From positions 6,720,001-6,784,000 of the forward strand of contig CBDBDQ010000005.1 in the NCBI GenBank assembly GCA_965203905.1: DNA of 64,000 nucleotides, read 5' to 3'. This document shows positions 36,810 to 44,315 of the stretch, in pieces (within the stretch, counting starts at the first letter, position 1; each line of letters begins with the position of its first letter). The position numbers and the translations under genes were made by a program. The stretch is from Spirochaetia bacterium. Its GTDB lineage: Bacteria > Spirochaetota > Spirochaetia > SZUA-6 > Bin103. The notes beneath the pieces are model-generated. The model searched no databases. It was not told the DNA's origin and was given only the letters and a program-made list of their open reading frames with translations.

Positions 36810-39103
36810 CCCCTCCGACGCACGATTCCTTTCGCAACTGGGACGCCGTGTACGCCCACCGCAACGTCGAGCTGGTGCGCCGCTTCGCACGCGTGCCACG
36901 ACGGCCCGACGTACGGGTCAGTCCCGCCGACCTGAACCACGACGTACCGCCGGACGCCGACCTGCGGCAGTTCGCGGCGGCGCAGAACATCGACGTCGAC
37001 GCGCCCTGGTTCCGCCTCCCCGAGCAGCGCCGCCTGCGCTGCGGCTTCTTTCCGCTGGTCACGCGACTGCACAGCGGCGCCCTGCTGGCGGTGTGGCGCG
37101 AGGCGAGCGCCCATGCCTACTGCTCCTTCGGGCGCACGGCGGCGGCACGCTCGCTGGACGGCGGGCGCAGTTGGAGCGCACCCTGGGTGGTCGACTTCCA
37201 GCGGCCGGGAGCGTGGGACACCGGTGGGCCGGAGAACCTGGTGCAGACCGGCGACGGCACCCTCTGGCTGGGCACCTGGGCGCGCATCCCGGAACCGGAG
37301 CCGGGCACCGTCGGCAAGCAGCGCCCCGAGATGTACGTGCTGCGCTCCCACGACGAGGGGCATACCTGGGAGCAGCTGCCCAAGCTCGGCGACGGCTTCC
37401 AGTTCCTCTGCTCGCCGATGCTGGAGCTGTCCAACGGCGAGTTCCTGTGGCTCGGCAGCGTCCCGGATCCCGCCGACGAAGGGGTCACCTCGTATACCTC
37501 GCTGCGGCGCGCGGTGTTCATCCTGCGCCAGCCCGGCGAACCGGTTGCCCCCGGCACCGACCTGGTGGAAATGGGCGGGCTGCGCTTCGAGCGCCACGGC
37601 GCCATGCAACTCGGCGGCACCAACGAGTGCCACGTCACCGAGACCACCACCCCCGGCCACCTGGTGATGCTGACCCGCTCCGCGGTCAGCGAGCACTACG
37701 AGCAGTCCACCTCGACCGACTACGGGCGCACCTGGTCGCCGCCGCGGCGCTCCGACCTGTGGCACACGCCGATCGCCAGCCAGCCGCTGCTGATCACCCT
37801 CGGCGACGGCACCCTGGTCGCCGTGCACGACGAGCGCGGCAACGGCCGCAGCCTGGCGGTGCCGTCGTTCGACGGCGGCGAAACCTGGGACTTCGCCCAT
37901 CACCAGGTAGTGCTGGACGATCCGGCGTTCTTCCTCAAGGACTTCTCGTATCCGGAGCTCGTGGAGACGGGAGACGGTCTGCTGGTGATGTTCTACAACG
38001 CCAGCCACCCCGAGGCGGAGCACAACGGCATCTTCGCCACCTTCCTGGACCGCGGGCTGTTCCGTACCGCATTCGCGGGTATCCGGCTGGCCGATGTCGG
38101 ATCGGTCCGGCACGCGGAGACCGTAGCCTGGTGGCGCTTCGACGAAGGCGCGGGCGACACCGCGCACGACGACACCGGACGCCACTACGGCGTGCTGCAC
38201 GGACCGGTCTGGAGCGACGGCCGCTTCGGCGCGGCGCTGGCCTTCGACGGGGTGGACGATCATCTGCGCGTCACCAACTGTCCGAGCCTGTGGCTGGGAC
38301 AGGAGCTGTCCTTCGAGGCCTGGGTACGGACCCCGCACCCGGGACGGGAGCAGACCATCGTCAGCCGGCTTCCCCACTACTGGTTCGGACTGAGCGGAGG
38401 GCGGGTGTGCCTGCGACGCGGCGGCGGGGACGGCATGGCGCAGGCGGGCTGCCACGGCACGACGGAGCTGGCGGCCGACCGCTGGCATCACGTCGCGGTG
38501 GTGGTGCGGGAGACCGCCGACTCGATGCGGCGGACGCTGTTCTACGTGGACGGCGCGCTGGACGCGCCGGCCGACCTGGAACGGCCGGCGGCGGCGGCCC
38601 AGGCGCAGGCGCTGAGCGACTGGCGCCAGACCCACGGCCCGACCTGGCAGGGGTGCTACACGGTGCCGCGCAACGAACCCACCCGCTGGGCGGCGCGGGA
38701 ACACCTGTTCATCGGCGCCCGGCACGACGGCACGGCCCCGTTCCACGGCCTGATGGACGAGTTGGCGCTGCACCGCGCCGGCTTGACAGCGCGCCAGGTC
38801 GCGGCCAGTGTGAGCCGATACCGGCACACCGACGGCGAGATCCGTTCGGCGGTGATCCGGCGCCCGCAGGGTGCCTCGTGGGGCCGCTTCACGGCGCGCG
38901 ACCGGGTGCCGCAGGGCACCGCCATCGACTACGCGGTGCTGAGCCCGGACGGCGCGCTGCTGCGCGACCGGGTCGCCTCGGGCAGCGACCTGGCCGGGCT
39001 CCAGGAATCCGCGGTCAGGCTGCAGGCGCGCCTGCGCAGCGACGTGCCCGGCCGCACGCCGACGCTGTGGTCCTGGTCGCTGCAGTCCGCGGGAGGAGGG
39101 TAA
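36806..39103 (+). CDS. BNR/Asp-box propeller + LamG-like jellyroll protein
   Basis: SLDGGRSW, SHDEGHTW, STDYGRTW, SFDGGETW, DFSYP, then WWRFDEG.G, ALAFDG.DD, WHHVAV, FYVDG, F.GLMDEL. Confidence 0.85.
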   Translation: MTPPTHDSFRNWDAVYAHRNVELVRRFARVPRRPDVRVSPADLNHDVPPDADLRQFAAAQNIDVDAPWFRLPEQRRLRCGFFPLVTRLHSGALLAVWREASAHAYCSFGRTAAARSLDGGRSWSAPWVVDFQRPGAWDTGGPENLVQTGDGTLWLGTWARIPEPEPGTVGKQRPEMYVLRSHDEGHTWEQLPKLGDGFQFLCSPMLELSNGEFLWLGSVPDPADEGVTSYTSLRRAVFILRQPGEPVAPGTDLVEMGGLRFERHGAMQLGGTNECHVTETTTPGHLVMLTRSAVSEHYEQSTSTDYGRTWSPPRRSDLWHTPIASQPLLITLGDGTLVAVHDERGNGRSLAVPSFDGGETWDFAHHQVVLDDPAFFLKDFSYPELVETGDGLLVMFYNASHPEAEHNGIFATFLDRGLFRTAFAGIRLADVGSVRHAETVAWWRFDEGAGDTAHDDTGRHYGVLHGPVWSDGRFGAALAFDGVDDHLRVTNCPSLWLGQELSFEAWVRTPHPGREQTIVSRLPHYWFGLSGGRVCLRRGGGDGMAQAGCHGTTELAADRWHHVAVVVRETADSMRRTLFYVDGALDAPADLERPAAAAQAQALSDWRQTHGPTWQGCYTVPRNEPTRWAAREHLFIGARHDGTAPFHGLMDELALHRAGLTARQVAASVSRYRHTDGEIRSAVIRRPQGASWGRFTARDRVPQGTAIDYAVLSPDGALLRDRVASGSDLAGLQESAVRLQARLRSDVPGRTPTLWSWSLQSAGGG

Positions 39104-39107
39104 CTAC

Positions 39108-40028
39108 ATGGCAACGAGTGCGCCGGCTGCGGAACTGCGCAGCGTGGACAGCGGAGTGGTGATCAAGGGGGTGGTGACGCTCCTGTTCACCCCGTTCCAG
39201 GACGACGCGACGCGCTTCGACGCCGCGAGCATGCGCCGCCAGCTCGACTTCGTGCTGGAGTCCGGGGTGTCGGCGCTGGTCGCCTGCGGCAAGGCGGGCG
39301 AATTCGAGGGGCAGTCGCTGGAGGAGATCGAGGAGGTGCTGGGCACGGTGATCGACCACGTCGCCGGGCGGGTGCCCGTTGGCATGGGCATCATCAGCGT
39401 GGAGGAGGATCGCGCCCTGCCGGCGGCGGAGCTGGCGGCCCGCTGCGGCGCCGACTTTGCGATGACCAAGAAGCTCACCAAGGGTGACCTGCACGGCTTC
39501 TTCAGCCGGGTCGCCGAGCGCATCCCGGTGATGCTCTACGACCAGACCAACGAGGGCAACCTCGACGTGGAAAGCGAAGTGCTGCCGCTGGTGCATACCA
39601 TCGAACGGATCATGACCGTCAAGGTGAGCGGCAACGTGTACGCCTTCGACCAGCTCAAGCGGGCCGCGCCGCACTTGGCCTACATCTGCGGCTCCGACAC
39701 CTTCTCGCTGCCGGCCTACGTCTCCGGCAGCGACGGCGTGGTGGCCGGCAGCGCGGCGTTCATGCCGGAGCGCGAGGTGGAGCTGCACCGGCTGGTGCAG
39801 GCGCAGGCCTGGGACGACGCGCGGCGCCTGTTCTACCACCGCATGCTGCCGATGATCGCCTACTGCACCCCCGACCCCTACGCCTTCTCGGTGTGCAAGC
39901 TCATCCTGCACTGGAAGGGCCTGTTCGACTCGCCGCTGGTGCGGCCGCCCTACCGCAACGCGCCGCCGTGGCTGCAACGGGAACTGCGCGAGCTGGCGCA
40001 GCAGCTCGGCCTGGTCGACGGGGCCTGA
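39108..40028 (+). CDS. DHDPS/NanA-family class I aldolase-like protein (atypical)
   Basis: GV...LFTPF, CGKAGE, MLYD (Tyr), TVKVS (Schiff-base Lys), GSD, G.DG.VAG, VRPP. Confidence 0.85.
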   Translation: MATSAPAAELRSVDSGVVIKGVVTLLFTPFQDDATRFDAASMRRQLDFVLESGVSALVACGKAGEFEGQSLEEIEEVLGTVIDHVAGRVPVGMGIISVEEDRALPAAELAARCGADFAMTKKLTKGDLHGFFSRVAERIPVMLYDQTNEGNLDVESEVLPLVHTIERIMTVKVSGNVYAFDQLKRAAPHLAYICGSDTFSLPAYVSGSDGVVAGSAAFMPEREVELHRLVQAQAWDDARRLFYHRMLPMIAYCTPDPYAFSVCKLILHWKGLFDSPLVRPPYRNAPPWLQRELRELAQQLGLVDGA

Positions 40029-41641
40029 GCGCGCGGCGCACGCTGCGCGCCGCATCCGGTGCGGTGCTGCTCGGCTGCTGCCTCGGCGCCGGAGCGGCCG
40101 CCGAGCCGCACTTCTCCGAGCAGGGGGTCCGCGCCGGGCTGGGCGCCGCGGTGTTCGTCCCCCTCGCCGACTCGTTTCCCGGGATGGCCTCCGGCGGCGC
40201 GGTCGCCGACTTCGACCGCGACGGCTGGCAGGACCTGTTCTTCGTCTCCGGCGGCGGCGCGGGGCCGGACCGGCTCTACCTCAACAATGGCGACGGCACT
40301 TTCAGCGACCGCGCCGCGGAAGCGGGGCTCGCCGTGCGCCACCGCGGCCTCGGGGCCGCGGCCGGCGACTACGACGGCGACGGCTGGATCGACCTGTTCG
40401 TGGTCAGCTACGGACCAGTCGACCTGCCCGGGCCCGAACCGGGTCATCTGCTGCTCTACCGCAACAACGGCGACGGCACCTTCGCCGAAGTCGGGGCGCA
40501 GGCCGGCGTAAACGCGATACCCGGAGAAGGAGCGACCGGCATGGGCGCGGCGTTCGGCGACTACGACCTGGACGGCGACCTCGACCTGGCGGTCACCGCC
40601 TGGGGCACGCGGTGGCGCGACGAGCTGCTGATCTACAATCCCAACCCGCTGTTCCGCAACGACGGCGACGGCACCTTCAGCGAGGTGACCCGCCAGGCCG
40701 GCGTGTTCAGCATGCGCACCCTGGGCTTCGCCCCGCTGTTCGCCGACATGGACGGCGACCGCTACCCGGAGCTGCTGATCGCCGCCGACCTCGGCACCAG
40801 CAAGTACTACCGCAACGACCGTGACGGCACCTTCAGCGAGGTGACCGCCGCCTCGGGAACCGGCCTCGACGCCAACGGCATGGGCAGCGCGGTGGGCGAC
40901 TTCGACGGCGACGGCCTGCTCGACTGGTACGTGACCTCGGTCTACGGCGAGCTGCGCGAGACCGTCGCCGGCACCGGCAACATGCTCTATCGCAACCGCG
41001 GCGGGCATCGCTTCACCGAGTCGGCGGCTGCGGCCGGGGTGCAGGACGGCGGCTGGGGCTGGGGCGCGGTGGCGGTGGACCTGGACCACGACGGCCGCCT
41101 CGACATCGTCACCACCAACGGCTGGGAGATCGCCAACGGCGCCGGCTTCCCGGAGTGGGAGTACGAGCGCACCTACCTGTTCCACAACCACGGCGACCTT
41201 ACCTTCACCGAGGTCGCCGCCGCCTCGGGTCTGCACCACACCGGCCAGGGCCGCGGCCTAGTGCACTTCGACTACGACAACGACGGCGACCAGGACCTGG
41301 CGATCTTCACCAAGGACGAGCGCATCAAGCTGTTCCGCAACGACCTGGAGGCGCCGGACCGGCACTGGCTGCGGGTCCTGCTCGACACCCGCGCCCGTCC
41401 CGACCTGGCACCCGACGGCATTGGCGCCCGCGTCACCGTGCGCACTGCCGCACCGGCCGCCGGCGAGCAGGTCCGCTACCTCTACAGCGGCGGCAGCTAC
41501 CTCACCAGCTCGGAGCTGTCAGCCCACTTCGGCCTCGGTCCCGCCGCCCGCGTCACCGAGCTGCGTGTAGAGTGGCCCGACGGCTCCCTGACGCTCCTCC
41601 ACGACCTCCCCGCCGACCGTGCCATCACCATCACCCCGTGA
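40025..41641 (+). CDS. secreted CRTAC1-like FG-GAP repeat / ASPIC-UnbV protein (start uncertain)
   Basis: Repeated D.D.DG..DL motifs, LYRNNGDGTF, DGIGARV, GGSYLT......HFGLG, VEWPDG. Signal-like N-terminus ending AAA-E. Confidence 0.85.
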   Translation: MSARRTLRAASGAVLLGCCLGAGAAAEPHFSEQGVRAGLGAAVFVPLADSFPGMASGGAVADFDRDGWQDLFFVSGGGAGPDRLYLNNGDGTFSDRAAEAGLAVRHRGLGAAAGDYDGDGWIDLFVVSYGPVDLPGPEPGHLLLYRNNGDGTFAEVGAQAGVNAIPGEGATGMGAAFGDYDLDGDLDLAVTAWGTRWRDELLIYNPNPLFRNDGDGTFSEVTRQAGVFSMRTLGFAPLFADMDGDRYPELLIAADLGTSKYYRNDRDGTFSEVTAASGTGLDANGMGSAVGDFDGDGLLDWYVTSVYGELRETVAGTGNMLYRNRGGHRFTESAAAAGVQDGGWGWGAVAVDLDHDGRLDIVTTNGWEIANGAGFPEWEYERTYLFHNHGDLTFTEVAAASGLHHTGQGRGLVHFDYDNDGDQDLAIFTKDERIKLFRNDLEAPDRHWLRVLLDTRARPDLAPDGIGARVTVRTAAPAAGEQVRYLYSGGSYLTSSELSAHFGLGPAARVTELRVEWPDGSLTLLHDLPADRAITITP

Positions 41642-41696
41642 TACGATAGCTGACTTGGTCTCGGTCCGTGGGGAATCCACCCGCGTGAGTGCCAGG

Positions 41697-43582
41697 TGCC
41701 TGGTCCGAAAAATCCACTCGAGATGAAGCCGATGACTCATCCAAATATCCACTCAAAGCAGGTGGCGGTAAAGGGGGGTGGGGGTGCGGGGGCGGGGGGT
41801 GTCCTGACCTGTGGATATGTGGACAAGTCGGTACTTTGAGATGACCGGTGGAAAGCCACCGTGGACGGCGCGTAGCAGTCGACGCGGGCCTTTGTAGCGG
41901 TATTCTGAACGGGCGTTCCATTCTCAGTGCTTCCAGAAACACTGTGTCCAAAACGTGCCGGTCCTGGGACACCCCCGGAGTCCGGCCCGTAGCGGCTTGG
42001 CACGCGGCGTTGGTCTGGCCCTGGCGGCGCCGCGGCGCGCACTCTGGCCACGGCGCGAGGCACCTCGCAGCGGGTGGTGCAGCGCGTGCCTGAGGTGCAA
42101 GCCACCCATGGTCCCGTGGTGCGGGCTGGATCGCGTACCCGCAACTTGATCGTGCCACCAGCGCAGCAACCGCGCCGTTGGGCAGGCGGCTGGCCCGCTG
42201 AGCGCCCGCGGTGTGCAGCAGGTGTGGCCCACGACGATAAGCATCCCTATCAGCCGGCCTTCTTCAGCGCCGTGGAGTGCTGTGCAGCCAAGCGCAGCAA
42301 GCGGCGTTGCAGGTGCACGATCTGATCATTCACGGCGATCGGGTCGAGCGCCGCGAACTGCTGCCGCAGGCGCTGCTTGGCCGCCTCGGGTACCTCGGCA
42401 CAGGCCAGTACCCGCTGATACGGAGTCTGCGGGCGATCATAGCGCCGCCTGACCCGTGCCCCATGGCGGGTCTTCTCGATCAGCTTCGCGCACGGGCGCA
42501 CGAAGTTGACCATCAGCCGCAGCCGGTCATACAGCTCGTTGAGCAGTGCGACCGCCTCGGGAGTGTCGTAGCGGACGTAGCCGACATGCTTGCGCACCAC
42601 GTCGAAGTTCTTCTGCTCGGTGAAATTGTTGTCGTTCTTGCGATACGCGCGCCCACGCGTGAAGTCGATCTGCTGCTCCTCGCAGTAACGGACCAGATGA
42701 GCATTTATGAACTCGCTGCCGTTATCCGAATGCACCGCCAACAGCTCGAAGGGGAGCAGGTGGCGCACTACCAGGAGTTGCTGGAACACCCATTTCTGGG
42801 CCTTGTTGGGCACCGCGCGGAACTCCGTCCACTGGGTGCGGCGGTCCGTGGCCAGCAGCGTGTAGGCAAACTCACCGCTCGTGGTGCCGCCGTCGTGGCC
42901 GACCAGATCAAGACCCAGGGTGCCGAGCGCGACACCCTCCCACTCGCTGAAGGTACGGATCGGGATCTGCAGCATCAGGCTGCCGGTGGGCCGCTTGGTG
43001 TGACTGTGCCCGCGCAGCGTCAGCTTGCGTTTCTCGGTGCGCAGCAGCCGGTCGATGGTTGCCGGGCTGATGCGCACCAGCTTGGCGCGCACCTCGGGGG
43101 TGAGCGCGATCTTGCGCTTGCTGCGTGCCTCCCAACGCTCGTAGTTCGGTAACCACAGGCGCAGGGTAGCCGCCAAGCGTTTGCCACACAGGTAGCCGAA
43201 ATGGTGCCATAGCTTGATCAGAGCGGCGACCACCTCCTGATCGTAGACGCGTGGCGTACGCCGCCGTGCACGGCGCTGACCGACCACGATCTTGACCGGC
43301 CGCCCGCCGCGCTGATCCCACACGCTGGTACCCCAGCAGCGCAGCAGCCAAGCGGCATGGTGGCGGGTGCAGCCGGTCAGATCCATGTACTCCTTGATGA
43401 GCTGTCCCTTCTCCTTCTTCGATGCCTTCCGATAGCGTCTCGCCTTCTCCCGAGCGACCCCTTTCTGCTCATTCATGGTGAGCCCCATCTCCTCCGACCT
43501 CCGGCCCTACAATGGCCAAGTCGTTCGAGTGGATTTTTCGATGAGGCATCAGTTTCCGTTCGAGTGGATTTTGAGTGAGGCA
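41697..43582 (-). mobile_element. insertion sequence (rve/DDE, ISNCY- or IS481-like) with multiple subterminal repeats
   Basis: Right end has two copies of CGTTCGAGTGGATTTT...TGAGGCA (43522-43548, 43557-43582). Left end has inverted copies at 41697-41721 and 41733-41757 and a degenerate third at about 41663-41683. No target duplication recognised. Confidence 0.8.
42250..43488 (-). CDS. integrase-core (rve) DDE transposase
   Basis: RYRKASKKEKG HTH region, CGKRL, ISPATIDRLL. DDE candidates GLDLVGH, HSDNGSEF, NDNNFTEQKN. TPYQR. GGAGG SD. Confidence 0.9.
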   Translation of the reverse strand: MGLTMNEQKGVAREKARRYRKASKKEKGQLIKEYMDLTGCTRHHAAWLLRCWGTSVWDQRGGRPVKIVVGQRRARRRTPRVYDQEVVAALIKLWHHFGYLCGKRLAATLRLWLPNYERWEARSKRKIALTPEVRAKLVRISPATIDRLLRTEKRKLTLRGHSHTKRPTGSLMLQIPIRTFSEWEGVALGTLGLDLVGHDGGTTSGEFAYTLLATDRRTQWTEFRAVPNKAQKWVFQQLLVVRHLLPFELLAVHSDNGSEFINAHLVRYCEEQQIDFTRGRAYRKNDNNFTEQKNFDVVRKHVGYVRYDTPEAVALLNELYDRLRLMVNFVRPCAKLIEKTRHGARVRRRYDRPQTPYQRVLACAEVPEAAKQRLRQQFAALDPIAVNDQIVHLQRRLLRLAAQHSTALKKAG

Positions 43583-43640
43583 ATTCGGAGTGTTGGCCGT
43601 TTGCCGAAACAACGGTAAGATCGGAGGCCGAGCGACACGT

Positions 43641-44156
43641 ATGGCGCTGAGCGACGAACGGCAGCAGGTACTGCGTATGGTTGGGTCAGGCAACGTCTCC
43701 CCAAGGGACGGGGTCCGACTGCTGCTGGCACTCGGCGAGCTCGGCGACGAAGAACCGCTGAGTGGCGAACCGCAACAGGTGCTGGGCATGATCGAGGAAG
43801 CCAAGATCTCCGTTGAGGACGGCGCACGGCTGCTGATCGCACTCGGTGGGCTACGAGACCAGGAGCCGGCGCCGGATCGCACGGTGTCCCCGGCGTCCCC
43901 TGTCCCGAGCGACGACGGGGTGCTGGTGTTCGTCACCGTGACCAGCAAGGACGGGAAGGTGGTCAGACTGGCCATCCCGTTGGAAGGCGCCCGCATGGTG
44001 CTGCCACTGTTCGACCTTCCGCATGCGGCGCTGCTTGGCGAGCACGGCCGCGACATCTCCCGGATTCGAGCTGCACTGCGCTCGGGCGAGCCGGGTGAGG
44101 TCATGGACTTTCACGACGAGGAGTCGGGCCACAGCGTCCACATCGCCATCGGCTGA
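43641..44156 (+). CDS. SHOCT-like repeat protein (YvlB/DUF2089 C-terminal type)
   Basis: Two copies of QQVL.M...GxxS..DG.RLL.AL followed by a small beta domain. Confidence 0.6.
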   Translation: MALSDERQQVLRMVGSGNVSPRDGVRLLLALGELGDEEPLSGEPQQVLGMIEEAKISVEDGARLLIALGGLRDQEPAPDRTVSPASPVPSDDGVLVFVTVTSKDGKVVRLAIPLEGARMVLPLFDLPHAALLGEHGRDISRIRAALRSGEPGEVMDFHDEESGHSVHIAIG

Positions 44157-44315
44157 GCGACCGTGCCGGGTGCGGAGCGACGCGCATGGGGACGGCGTTC
44201 GAGGTGGTCGACGGCTGAGAGCCCTGCCTCGGGAATGCAGGCGTCGCAGGCCGGTGGCTACCGGCCGCACGCGGCGCGCAACGCCAGCCGTGTAACGCCG
44301 GCGCGTGCGTCCCGC

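Noticed and set aside
39108-40028. Canonical nanA or dapA
   Set aside because: Key Ser/Thr-Thr and Tyr-loop residues are absent and there are no nan or dap pathway partners.
41810-41826. Replication origin
   Set aside because: Only two imperfect DnaA-like boxes, inside an IS, with no AT-rich unwinding element or dnaA/rep gene.
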